Shown here: piece by piece, positions 13,007 to 25,443 of the stretch
Position numbering within the stretch: the first letter of the stretch is position 1
Layout of the letters: each line of letters begins with the position of its first letter
Source of the DNA: Klebsormidium nitens
Taxonomy: Eukaryota; Plantae; Klebsormidiophyceae
Length of the DNA: 64,000 bases
Assembly (NCBI GenBank): GCA_000708835.1
Contig: DF237137.1
Span: forward strand, 20,486-84,485
Reading direction: 5' to 3'
Translations under genes and position numbers: made by a program
Notes under the pieces: generated by a model
Seen by the model: only the letters and a program-made list of their open reading frames with translations
Told to the model about the DNA's origin: nothing
Databases searched by the model: none

Positions 13007-13194
13007 ATGAAACTCAAGAAAAATAATAGTAAGCCCAGATAATAGTAAGGTAACCGCACTGTGACGGGTAGGGCTAGTAAGGTTGTTAGGGTGGGTACGG
13101 GTGCGGAGCGGGTGTTTCCTTGTAGGTTAGGGTTTTTAGTGTTAGTCGGAGCTTACTATTATCTTGGCTTACTATTATCTTTCTTGAGAGTTAT
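13007..13194. mobile_element. 188-bp MITE-like element, copy 2 (inverted relative to copy 1), 9-bp TSD
   Basis: Reverse complement of 11696-11867 with one extra AGATAATAGTAAG subterminal repeat; flanked by identical CCGGGCCAG at 12998-13006 and 13195-13203. Confidence 0.85.
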
Positions 13195-13849
13195 CCGGGC
13201 CAGGCTACTGAGTGTCGCGGCGACATCAGCCTGCACGGCGACGTTCGTCAGCCTGTTCCTCGAATTCCATATGCAACCGAAGTGGCACGACCCCTTTCAC
13301 ACTTCCGATTAGTCAAAGATTTCTCCATTTCGTTTTGTTTATTTTCACGTAAGCTTGTTTATAAATTACCCCCTGGATATTTCAAAACACCCTGTTTTGA
13401 AATCCACCACCCACTCAAACAAACGGTTGAGATTCGAGAAGTTAAACGGTTAAACCCCACTGAACTCTCGCTATGAAAATTGAAATGGTCTTCGAATTTA
13501 ATACGTAAGATCTTATGGTGAGAATAGACGCCCCTCCGTGTCTTCCTGATCCGACGAGTTCAACGCCCTTTTAATACTGAACCTACGTGAACTGGAGCAG
13601 AGAGTCACCTAGTCCTAGTTACGGTAGCTGAAGTCTTGATTGAGGAACACACTTACGAAGGTACTAGGTAGTGGCTGGCGCGGTCAAGGGAGGAAGTGGG
13701 GCTACAGCTCGGGAGGTAACAGCCTTGCATGAGCCAGAGCCGCATTGGGGCCGAGGATTTTTCACGATCTAAGGATAAAAGCCCCTTTCCTTGATCAAGC
13801 CGCTCTTTGTTGCTTCGTCCCCGGTGGCGGTGGAATTGAAGGCATCCCA

Positions 13850-16213
13850 ATGGCCTCCTCAGCGGTCCTAAAGGCAGGGGGCGTAGTGCAGAACTGCTTC
13901 GGCGCTAGGACGAGCAGCAGACGGGACTCTTGCCCTCAGCGCCTTGTGAGCGCATTCCAGGGTTTGAGTGTTTCAGGCAGGCGGGGTCAGTCGCTTGGGG
14001 TTAGCAATGGGTCGAAGGTGGCCATGGCTTCCTACGAAGCTGGAGTGGGGGTCTACGGCAACAAGGCCGGGATGATGCAGGTGTTCGACGCAGAGGGGAA
14101 TGCAATCCCGGTAACCGTTATCGCTTTCCACGACGGGAACATTGTCACGCAGGTGAAGACACCTGACACGGACGGATACTCAGCTGTGCAGATTGGGTAC
14201 AAGCCGCCCAGGCGGTTGAATAAGCCTGAGACAGGGCACTTGGAGAAGGTCGGCGCACCCCCGCTGAAACACTTGACAGAGTTCCGGCTGTCTAAGTCGG
14301 CGGGTTATGAGGCCGGGCAGCAGTTGGACATTTACAGCATGTTTAACGCGGGCGATATGGTGGACGTGAGGGGGAAGAGCATCGGAAAGGGGACGCAGGG
14401 TAAGGCTGAGCTTCGGTTTGTTGTCCACTCTGAAACTTTCGTGCGAGATAACAGGCCTGTAATCAAGATAGGCGCCCAGGTTGATCGGTTATTCGGGTGG
14501 GTTTGGGCGGTTAGGTCAGAGTAACAAGTGATTCGGGTCCTAGACAGTTGGTCAACTTCAAAAAGTTGCCAGTAAGGTTGTCTGTTGGTGGTCACAGCCG
14601 AAACCCTAAAGAAGAGAGATTGCGGTTGTGGTGTTTTCCTTGTTTGCCTTGTCATTGCATTCTACGAGGAGGTTTTATGTTCTGAATCGAAGTTTCGTGC
14701 AGAAACGAGTGTCATGTTTTGCCGGTGACTGAGCAATTGGGCAGGCTTTGCTCTGCATATCTCGAGCGGAATGCAGGCCGAAAAAGTGCTAAAAAGCTAG
14801 CCTGATTAGCTTGTCCAAAAGATGGTCGATGGAGGGTACCTGCTTTCTGTAATGCAGCCTGGAAGACATGGACATTAGTACCAAGGTTTTCTCAATAGTT
14901 ATCCTCCACTTCTTCTTGGACCTTTGGATGAGCATTTTGAGCAGCGCACTTGGTTTCCAGTCGTGACGAGTGTTAGGCATTCATGCGAGGGTCATCATAC
15001 AGAAAGTGCACCTTTTACCAGAGTGCAAAGACAGCGGTCGAGCAGCGCACCCGTAGTCAGAGTTGCTAGGCGTTTAGACACAGATCCCTTGAAGCAGAGG
15101 CTGGCGCTTCTTCTAAGCGACAGTCTCATGAGGTCTTCAGACACTGGTCCTGACAGCGCACCACATTCTCGCAGCAGCCACCTTCTGCGGTGCTTACTTA
15201 TCACTTTGTCTTTCTCAGCTGTGCCCCTGTTCGGGGTTTGGTAGCAGACACTCCCCTGTTCACTGCTGGTTGCAGACACTCTCGGGAATAAGTGGCCCCC
15301 TGTCCAGTTTGCTAATCCTCATCTGTCTCCAGGTATCATTAAGCGGTACAACGCTCACCGCGGGTTGATGACTCACGGGTCGAAAAGTCACCGGCAGGGG
15401 GGTACCATTGGGCCCGGTACGTCCCCCGGGCGCGTATACCCCGGAAGGAAGATGGCTGGCAAGATGGGGAACAAGTTTGTCAAGATCCGAAAGCTCAAGG
15501 TATGCTATCCACGAGCAACCGCTTGGTTTTGCTGCAATACTTTCAGACTCTTTTCCTCTTATTATTATCCACATGACCACCTTCAGCTTTCGTCTTGTAA
15601 CCATCTATTTGACTGCCTTCAGCTACACGCAATTGGGAGCCTGTCTTCTGGTCTTCCGCGGTGTTCCGAATCACCGTCCCTGCTTTGTTTGCTTGGTGAG
15701 CTCGGTTTGGCAGAGTTGCAAAAAGGTTGGAAGCTTGGGCAGTGTTCCATCTGTACTAAGGAGTCTTATAAGCTGCATCCTTTGCAAAGAGTACGTCTGT
15801 TGGAATAAGTGGGTGGCATCCTCTGAAAGCTAGAAGCAGATGCGATGGGGCCGCTTATCACATCACCAGAGGCCCTTCGATGCTCATTGTGCAATCAAAG
15901 CACCCCCTGTTGCAGACCTTGTTATCGTAGTCAGAATGTTGTCAAGCCATCGACAACAAGTCCGGTCACGAACGCTGATTACATTTCTCCGAGGCTACTC
16001 AAGACCACCTCATTGTGTGCGTGAGCCCTTTGGACAAAGTTGTAAGGGCTCACACGTGTCGTGTCTCCTTTCACTTGCCAGGTCATCCGTGTTGACGCTG
16101 AAAACAAGTGCCTTCTAGTGAAGGGTGCCATCCCCGGAAAGCCCGGCAACCTGGTGAAGGTAACTCCTGCTAAGATTGTGGGCAAGAACATTCCCCCTTG
16201 GTCCGAGAAGTAA
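13850..16213 (+). CDS. RPL3: Plastid 50S ribosomal protein L3, nuclear-encoded, 3 exons, ~282 aa
   Basis: Exons 13850-14399, 15333-15499, 16082-16213 in phase. Transit peptide, then [71 protein letters not shown]. Confidence 0.96.
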
Positions 16214-17292
16214 GAAGTGGGTTTCATTCCTCGGAAGAGCTCGGGTTCTGTTTCTTAGCATGCTGAGGTTGGCGCGAAGAATGGTGGTCATGCTTATGTT
16301 CAACGGTTTTACATGCGGCTCGTGAACGCTTCTGATAGAAAGGTACGTTGACTGACTGTCAGCCAAAAAAAGGGTCTCGAACCAGAGGCGCAAGGATGCA
16401 GAGCGATTACCTGGTACAACAACACATGGTGGATATAACACGTCATCATTGCTTAAGCTTCGTGGCCTGGTCAAACACCACTGCTCAGTGTGGTGCCTTA
16501 GTCTTGTGTCTTGCACCAATGAAATACACAGAATCAAACATCTTTTCTAGGAGGCGTCTAGTTATCAACATGGAATGCTTACTTGCTCATGTATATGTAT
16601 GTCAATCGTAGGCGATCATGATCCTTTAGGGATACATGCATCGCTGGTCGAACTTAAGTTATTGCCTGATCAGCTCAAAGCGCAGCTACATACTGCAAGC
16701 GCAAGCCCCATGATTGCATGCTGCCGCGTCCGGTTGCACTGTTGTTCATAAGATCTGAAGCAGGCAAGGTCGACCTCTTGCCAGGCATGCATGGCAGAGC
16801 CCGGCTCATCCGCTAATCGCAGACTAGCTCATGCTTGGATATCGAAGTGGCCGCACGCGTTGATAAGCAATTGAACAGATTTTAATGCTAACCGGCCGCG
16901 TTCAGCAAACCGGTCACATGCAATACGGCCGTACTGCATGAGCTACCGTGTATATACTGAACTTCGTAAGACATGCTTTATTGTAGGGCTTTAAGCCGGG
17001 TGGGGCCGGTCAGCGGGATGCCCATGCTTAAGAGCCTTGTAAATTTGTCTCACGATGTGGCCCTGCCAGGCTACAGGCTAATGCAAGACCGTGCATACAC
17101 ATCCGGAAAATGGATGCATACATTGGGGCAACCGCCATGCATTTCGAGCCTGGTGCAGCCATATGCACGTGCAGATTACGGTGAGAACAGCTGCAGGTAC
17201 GAAGCCTCGGTGTAAATGCCCTATGCAGGGCGCGCGCGCGCGGAGGAAGCTTACAGCTCAAAGCAGGATATGTCAAGTAATCCTTCCCACGA

Positions 17293-20200
17293 CTACAGCT
17301 CCTCAGTCTCTTCATCGCTTGGCGCGTCAAAAAGGCTTCCCCAATTTGCCCAAACCCCTTCGTCCTCCTCCTCTTCTCCCAGAAGCTGCTCTTCCACGAC
17401 TTTGCGAAGAGTCCTCCGCTTCTGGGGAGGCCCCTTCGGGTAGTAAGTGGGCCGTTCATTGGTTTCCGCTAGCCTCGTGAGCTCGTCTGTGGGTCGTTCC
17501 CAGCCGGCGTTCCGGTACAGGACAATCCGCTGCTTCCGGTCCTTGTCGACCTGGAAGACATCCGCCGGAACCAGGGCCTGCAGATGTAGTCCTTCCAGGT
17601 ATGAAGAGAGGGGATCTACAAGGTGAATCACGGGAACTTTGGTTGTGGTAATACGTAGGGCTTTTCATAAAGCCTTGTGTTGTGCCATGGCGACAGAGGG
17701 AACGAAGGGAAGATCCGCATGGGTCGCGCGAAAGGCAGCTAAGTGGAAAGAATTGTCCGAGGTAATCAAAATCATCTTATCAAATTATTCTGCAGCGAGC
17801 ATATACACGCGCTCGTCTTACCAGATAGTAGATAAGATACACTAAGCATAAACGAACCGCAATGAGTGACATGCCAAACTCAGATATGTCGCCACTCCCG
17901 ACCGCACAAGCCCACCGCACTCTGGACGATGGTTGACGCGCCGCCTCCCTCCGAAATCTCTTAGAAAAAGCCCCAGAACCTGGCCCCAAATGCCTAAGAA
18001 AGACCTCGAAACGTGTTCGGGAAATGCCGGATAGGGACGGGCGCTCTCCTCAGCTTCTGTCGCCGGGAGCAAACAGCCGGTTCTTCTTGGCTCCCACGCC
18101 TCAATAGCTTCTCTCCTAAATTTATGTATTTAAGTTGATATAGTATCCGGAAAGCCCACAAGAATTGCGCCCGGGGGATACGAACCGGGCAGCGAGCCGC
18201 TGACCTTGAGCTTGACAACGTCTCAGACACCCATCACCACGACGTCTCAAAAAGTAACGCTCCTCCTGAAAGTCTCTAACCGGGAATAAACAGCCGGGTT
18301 ATAGGCCCTTCGCGCCCGGGGGACAGCAATTGGGCAGTGAGGGCGCTCACCTTCAGCTTGACCATGTATCCATTATCAGAAGAAGGAACGCTCCTCCTGA
18401 GCGTTTTGTGACCGGGAGTGAACAGGCGGGCTAAAGGCCCTTGGCCTCTACGCCCCAGGGGACAACAACCGGGCAGTGAGGGCGCTGACCTTGGATGGAA
18501 TGGTAAGGGCCGATAAACGGGACGGGTGGGGTTGGGTAGGGGTCTAGGGTGGGTGCGGGTGCGGAGTAATGATCGTTTAACATAGCTTTTTCATAAAGCC
18601 GAAAAAGCTTACTAGTTACTGGGCCTTGCTATTAACAAGATCGGAAATCACCTTGAGCTGGATGGCGAGCTTGACAACGTCCCCGGGGACGAACTTGGGG
18701 CATTTGATGACGGCCAGGTCGTTCTTCGGCTCGGAGAAGAATGTGCGGACAAGGTTCACCAGCCCACCGTAGTACCCGTTCTTGTCTGCGGAAGAAAGGA
18801 TGTACCGTGAGCTCACCGCTCCTTTCCTGCTTGGAAGGTTCCTGCTTGGCGCAGCGACGAAGGCACGGCTATGCTAAAGACGCTATTACCTCTTCAGGCC
18901 TACCGCCTGTTAAGAGTTGAATCGCGAGAGCGGTGCGGCTCTTCGTGGATCAACAGTGCAGCAACACATCCCTCTAACAGGGACTGTACGTGGACTAGAT
19001 GAACGCAATCGGGTCTAGTAGTTGAAAGTCGGGTCGCAGGGCGCCTTGCAGAGGATGATGTCCGACTCGCAATAAAGGTTTGCCGATGAGAGCGACGGGC
19101 TTTCAACCCACTTCCCGAACCCTGTCTTCTCAAGAATCTACGTGACATTACGACGGGTAAGTTTTCCGTCGTGGATCCCGTGACGTCAGACCACAATCCC
19201 GATTTCACGAGGGATCCTTTTCTGGAAGGAACTCCAGAACCCATGCATCGAACCGATCCGGTTTTCCGTATATATTTGAACGCAATCCCAAGAAGTGCAC
19301 AGTCTTACTTCTGCCTCCCGTCCCCCTACATGTGCAGGACAATAAAATGCTAAAAGAGATGCAGGCTGGAAGGCGTGTACAGTCACACCACCTGCTACGA
19401 TGAAGAATGAGTAGAAGGTGCGTTGACACTTCGTTCCGACCGGAGAAAACAGCAGATCGCTCTGAAAGCCGGCATATGTTTGTCCATCCTCGGAAGCAAG
19501 TCACAGCAAAAGTTTGCCTCACCCAACCAGACAATCGGCGGCTCTCGGTTCATCCTTCGGCTCAGTTGCAGACTCTTAAGCTTCCCCATTCCGCCCGGAT
19601 TCCGGTCCTCCACCGGATTGGTCTCCTGCGTCAGTTTCTTGTCTGCGCTGCGGTCCTCGGGCGGCTCCAGAATGGGGGGGTCTCTCCAGTGGTAGTTTCG
19701 CCCCCTGAAAAGGAGGACGGTGCCGCAATGCTGCCAGATAACGCGCCCGCCCGCGGACCTCTGCGCAGAAGAGGGATGAGAGGGGTAAAGATTGGGGCAG
19801 AGTTTGCTGATGTCACGTCGTCTCAAAAACGGTTTTTCATGGTATATGCCGACGTCACTGACCTCGAGACGCCAGGGATAGCGAAAAAGGTGTGATGACT
19901 TCACCGTCGCAAATGGCTTCAACAGTTCGCAACGAAACGTCCAGGTCGCAGCAAAAAAAGAGAAGGTTTCAGAAGACAATCTAGACGCATGCAATCTGCT
20001 GTCCCCATGGGCATCTGAAACGGAGACTCGCTGTTGGTGACGTCACTCTGGCTCCGCGCAAGGTCGCTGGCATGTTGACAGCAACGATGCTTTTGCGGCG
20101 GAGAATATGGAGGACACATCTTGAATATTTCAAGAGCGCAGCGAAGGAAAAATGCTCCACGTAATCGCGAACTACGTGAAAAGGAACACGTGGATTGGCT

Positions 20201-23200
20201 AATGACATCCAACCTTGCACCAATACCCAGCAGAAAAACAGTACAGACCCCCTTGCGCTTGACGTTGCCGTTTCGTAACTGGCAAGACTTGAAGCCCGCC
20301 TAAAATAGGTATTAGTGCGGCGCATATGTATGTGTTGTAAGCAAACAAAGCTGCGTCCGCTGACGCCCCTTGAAGCTCTCCAGAACTTTGCACGTCAACT
20401 AGAAAGATGCTACGAGGACGAAAACTGGTCACGACATCCTGGGCTCTCTCTGACGTGTGCCTCGTTAAGTCTTGTGATTAAAAAGAAAACCAACTCACGT
20501 CACCTCAAAGTTCCTCTGGGCTTTGAACGGTGAGAAAGTGCTACTCACAAGCGAGGAACATGACAAGAGATTCGAATAACCTTTGAAGCGTAGGCCTTCA
20601 CAGGCAATGTGCGTCTCCTATTCAAAGAGACGGTGCGCTTTACTTCAAGCAAACGCATCTTCCCTCTTGTGGTCTTCGTCAGATTATCCGGTTGAGGCGT
20701 GGTATCCGCTGACGTCACTTGGACCTCCTCCGAAGCTCGACGGTGAGGAGGTCTTTGCAATCAACGCCGCATCAATGAAAGAGATAGAAGGTTTCAAAGC
20801 GCAGCCAAACGTTAGGAAAAGTGATTCTCTTTTGAAATCAAATGAGAGGAACCGACTGAAGAGGAGGAGCATCGACTGACGTCACCTCGGCTCGCGTAGA
20901 AGGTTGGAAATTCCAACGGTGACGATGCCCTTGCAGTCACCCCTGAAGAAGAGACTCCAAGCCCAGCCAACCGTTGAAAAAAGTTTTGATTGAATCCAGA
21001 TTCGCTGACGTCACCTCGAGCTCGCGCAGAAGCTTGGGCATGTCAACGGTGAAGATGCCCTTGCACTTGACCTTGCACACCGGCCGCCGCCGCCAGTGCG
21101 TGTGGATCAGGCCGACCATGTTCCACGTCAGCCCGTCGCGCCCTGCGCATGTGCCACGTGGCGCCTCGTCAGTGGTGGCCCGGAAGACAGCGAGCAGAGC
21201 CTCCGTCGTATTGAGTACTGCCGAGGCGAGGAAAGAGCGCAAGGAGGAACGAGCACTTCAATGTGCTCTGGCAACCCATGTTTGGCGTTTGGTGGCAGAT
21301 ACGAAAATATTGCAGACCAGGAATGGCCTCCACTTACGGGTCAGTCTCTTTCAAAAACCCATCGCAACCACCGTGCGATGTCTCTCTTCGAAGACCCTTT
21401 ACAGAACCTGCTCATGGATCCCGAGGACCCCAAACTTAGACTACTCGAAAGCCCAGACACGTCCTTCGATCGGGACTGAATTAGAGTAGTTCAGAAGGAG
21501 ATTGCGCTTTCGAAACAAACGGGAGACGACCAAGATAGGGCATCCAGATGGCGTTCCACAACAGCTCTTGCCTTGAACCACGATTTATGTTTTAACAAAT
21601 GGAGTAACTCCTCGTAAAACTTTCACGGAAACCGTTCAAAAAGCTAAGCAACACGCAGCTTGATCCCTTGAAACCACTCATTCGAGTTCGACTTTCGGCA
21701 CTAGACCAAAGAAACGCGGATGAAAGCTGCGTTTATAAAACTTACGGAAGATGACCGAAGAACGACAACCAGAGAGCATTTAAAGACGCTGAACCACCAA
21801 GATACGTTTATGAAACATTCGTTTATTTAGATACCCTTCTTAGAAATAGCGAGAAGATGCTGACATGGAGATGCAGGGACGAGAAGCTGAAGTGCGCAAT
21901 CACCTAGAAACGCTTTGGAAAAAGAGGCTGAAATACACAGTCGCCTTCTTTTGTGTGTATATTGACGAGATACACACAAAAGAAACTGAAACGAACACTC
22001 ACCTAGATACACCTCCCGTCGATCGTGCACCGACCCCTCGATCAGATCCGCCACTTCCGCGTCGCTGAGCGGACCGCCCAGGACTTCTTCCCGGGTTCTT
22101 ACCCCCCTTCCCGTCCAGCCCTCTAGCAGCTTTCTTACGCCCGGTAGCTTCCCCCGGGGCGCCATTTTAGCCGCACGGGGAACGACCAGCTTGTTGTCGT
22201 TCGGATTGACGACCCAGAAGTCGGGACGCCTGCCGTTGAGTAATGGCCCCGGGAGCTTTGGTCGGGGGACTCTACCGTGAGGGTAGCCGGGTAGTGGGCC
22301 TGAACACAAATACCAGAATTCTCAGATTTCCAGGACTCCAAAATCTTGAGTTTTCCGGACTCCTGTTGAGTAACGGCCCCGGGAGCTTTGGTCGAGGGAT
22401 TCTACCGTGGGGGCAGCCGGGCAGTGGGCATGTACAACAATTTCAGTATGAAAAATTCTCCAAAGTTTAAGCATTTCGAAAGTTCCGGATTTTGTGTCCG
22501 AATTCCGGAATCCTAGAAACTTCGCAAAGCTTGACAGGAATGGTGGGTACGTTTGGATCGTCTCCATGGGGCGAGAGGATTCTCAACAACTCTTACAATA
22601 TTAGCGCGAATAGAGGCCGCTTGAATCTGCAAGTATAGCGAACGTCTGCTTGGGGTGTTCTCCTGATGACGTCAAGCCCTGATCAAGCGTTGCCAATGAT
22701 TGACGGCTACAGCTGCTATTTTTGAAAACCAGTGTACGTCAGTTTCGCAACGATTTTGTCCGCGTAGGCTGCCCAGCCACCGGGTCTGGAGTACAACCAA
22801 ACGAAACGGATGCAACCCAGCAAAAACGACCTGATCAAAGACAAGCCATTCCTAACAAATCGACAAAGGTCGAAGAGAGCCCACCCGGAAAAATGGGCTT
22901 TAGCAAACACGTACTCCAAAGACAAATAAAGGCAAAACTCAATCTTCAAAGCGCCGTTATCAGGACGGAATAGACAAACGGTTTTCCATAAAGGCACAGC
23001 ATGGTCAGAATTGAGAGCCAAAATAACAAACAACCAGGGCAAGTTCAAAAGAACGGCAGAACATTACGAACAGTTGCAAAAAGAGCATGACTTGAAACAT
23101 ACGCTAACTCAATACGCACAAGTTTGAATGACTGAGAAAGAAGCAAAGCTCACTCTGAAGGCGACACCCGAAGCTTGAAGGACGTCCCTGGAATGACGTC

Positions 23201-25443
23201 GAGACGAGACTGCGGTGACGGTTTGGATTGAGGGATCTCTCACCTGACTTCTCGTGCGTGCTATTCTTGGGGTAGTAGGGTGGGGGCATCGGCAGCTCAG
23301 GCGAAGTGTCATGCCCCTTGATATCTAGAAACAGCGGCAGGTTTCGGTTCGGGGGGGGGCGTGTATACTGGAACCGCTCCAGAAAGTGCTCGTCGTAAAA
23401 CGCCGTTGGAGGCAGTTCTTGGTTCTCCCCCCATACTAGATGCGACGGGGTTAGTGGGGGTGCGTCCTTGGAGGGAGGTTCAGGCACTCTAATGGGAAGA
23501 GGATGAAAAGGTGGGATGCTGGCAGGGGGGAGGTTGTCACGGTTCTTGGGCTCCCACCGTCTAGTTTCGAAATTGTGGGTTTCGGGGGTTTGGAAATGGG
23601 ACCATGCACCAACAGGCGCTGCGGTTTCGAAAGGGGAGGTTTCAGAGTTGCGGGACTCCTCTGCCGGTAGGAAGTTGTTGAACATTTCAACTGGCGGCTC
23701 CCGTGACTTCCAGGATCGACGGTCCTGAGCTGTCCACGTGAACGGATCACCGCCTCTGGCGCTGCTTTGGGCGTTAACACCACCCGGAGCTTTTGGTTCT
23801 GCATAGCCAAAGTCAGGTGGCGGGGGAATCGATCCAAACGCAACAGTCTCCAGATCGCTTTCGGCTGCTTGGGCAGGGTTTCCCAAGGCCCCCAGCCGCT
23901 CTACAAAGAGCTCTAGCTCCTCATCAAGACCACCGTTTGGTAACCCCGGCTGTAACCCGAGCTCAAACCCGGTTTCCTGGCCAGCGTACCCAGTCACAAA
24001 CCCAGTCTCAAAGTCGGCCCCGAACCCGGTTTCGTACTGAGGCTCCAACCTCGCAATTGAACCGGACTCCCCGCTGGCTTCTCCGGCTCCAACCCCTGAA
24101 ACTCTTTCCGTCTCAGGGACCGCAGACGTTCCTGCTGGGACCGTCTCTCCCGCCACATGACGAAAACCCCTTGGCTGACCCCACAAACCTCTTCTCTGAC
24201 CGGTCTCCGTTTTCTCGCCTTGGTCACGCACCGCCCCCCGCAAACTTCGTTCTTTTTTTCCCCCTGAAAGCCCCTCCCCCCGTCTCCGTACCCCTTCTTG
24301 CCTGTCCCCCTCAAATTCTCGGCCCCCCCGCCTCCACACATCTTTGCTTCCCCCTTGCGTACGAAACACCTCCCCCCCTGTCAAGCCTGCGCTTTTCGGG
24401 CGCCCTTGCAGATTCACCTCGGGATCGAGTCCCCTTCTCATTCGAGGATCTCTTCCAAATTTTATTCCAGGAACTCCTCTGGATTTCACTCCAGGATCTC
24501 TCCCAGTCTCCTCCCGTTCGACCTGTCCAAAAGTTTTCCAGTCCGCTCGTCCACTTGCATGGTCCAGGCCATCCAAGGAACTGCCATATGATGTGGAGGG
24601 AGGGTTGAGCGTCCCCTCCTTGGCTCTATCACTGAACATCTCGAACGCCTCAGAAGGGTCGACTGTCGCCCTCTTTGCCTCAGCCGCCGTTTTGGGGGGG
24701 TTCAAGATCCTCTTGACCAAGTCTGCCTGATTCACTCCCCAGCTGCTGTCAGCCACAAACTCGCTTGAGTACCAATGAAGCTCAGGATCCAAGTGCCTGT
24801 CCGTGGGCCACTGCATGTCAGCCACTGGTTCCACTCCTCGGTTTCTCAACCCCTCAAATGGCATCTCAAAGGCATCCTTGGAAACAACTGCATTCAACCG
24901 CTCATCTAAGCTTTCCCCCCCAGAATCATCTTCCTGGCTTCCCTCTTCAATTGCAAGTTTCATTATTTTGGCAGCAACTGCAGTCCTGCCACGCACCGCG
25001 GAGGGGTACGCATACCCCGGGTCGGCCCACCGTGCTGCCACCGCAGTCTCTGACACCAGGCAATCAATTCGTTTGGGGAGGACCCTTCCCCCGCGGAAGG
25101 TACGCAGCGTGCGCCTCCTAGCGCTCCGCTCTGCATCATTTGCTTCTTGTGGCGTGAGTCGATACTGGTCTGTCAGGCCTTTTGCAGGAGCTACTTGTTC
25201 TTGCAAAGCATGGACCAGAAGAAAGGGGGTGCGAGGAAGACATTGAAAAGCAGGAGTTCTAGCAGAGGAGTGAGATTCTGGTTGAAAGGCACCGGCTTGT
25301 GCAACTGTAATGGGAGTACCACCTTTTGCGTGTCTGCAAATCCTTGCTAGGGACTCAACTCCTGGGAGGGGCTCTGAACCTGGATACCCGCAACAAGGTC
25401 TTGAGGCCCCTTGGAGCGACTGCACATTGTGTGCCACCACCAT
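17293..25443 (-). CDS. CRM-domain (CRS1/YhbY) RNA-binding protein, CAF1/CAF2-like organellar group II intron splicing factor, 6 exons, ~1093 aa
   Basis: Exons 25443-23244, 22299-22003, 21142-21015, 19760-19523, 18785-18652, 17577-17293 sum to 3282 nt with all phases consistent. CRM1: [36 protein letters not shown]...[11 protein letters not shown]; CRM2: [17 protein letters not shown]...LAIQLKALVP...IVLYR. Confidence 0.88.
18040..18500 (-). repeat. Degenerate tandem array (~140-bp unit, about 3 copies) in CRM intron 5, carrying remnants of the exon-5 3' end and donor
   Basis: Repeated aacgctcctcctga...ccggga..aacag.cggg...cgccc.ggggac...cgggcagtgagggcgct.accttg; ctgaccttgagcttgacaacgtc (~18200) resembles the functional junction tcaccttgagctggatggcgagcttgacaacgtc (18649-18682). 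Confidence 0.7.
18519..18566. repeat. Short fragment related to the interior of the 11696/13007 MITE family
   Basis: gacgggtggggttgggtaggggtctagggtgggtgcgggtgcggag resembles 13063-13108 gacgggtagggctagtaaggttgttagggtgggtacgggtgcggag. Confidence 0.45.
19800..21014 (-). repeat. CRM intron 3 largely built from decayed tandem copies of the exon-3 3' end plus donor site
   Basis: Functional junction (plus strand) ctgacgtcac|ctcgagctcgcgcagaagcttgggcatgtcaacggtgaagatgcccttgc at 21005-21064; recognisable copies near 20876-20940, 20709-20768, 20495-20535, 20357-20411, 20038-20095, fragments near 19850. Confidence 0.8.
22361..22460 (-). repeat. Copy of the CRM exon-2 acceptor plus first ~70 nt of exon, 130 bp into intron 1, acceptor mutated AG to AT
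   Basis: 22361-22430 vs 22231-22300: 61/70 identical by manual alignment, no indels. Confidence 0.92.

Noticed and set aside
11696-13194. Single 1.5-kb composite transposon bounded by long inverted repeats
   Set aside because: Each repeat has its own distinct 9-bp TSD and no TSD flanks the pair, so they are independent insertions.
23793-25350. Long plus-strand ORFs (271, 128, 147 aa)
   Set aside because: Antisense shadows of the GC-rich 2.2-kb CRM exon 1.
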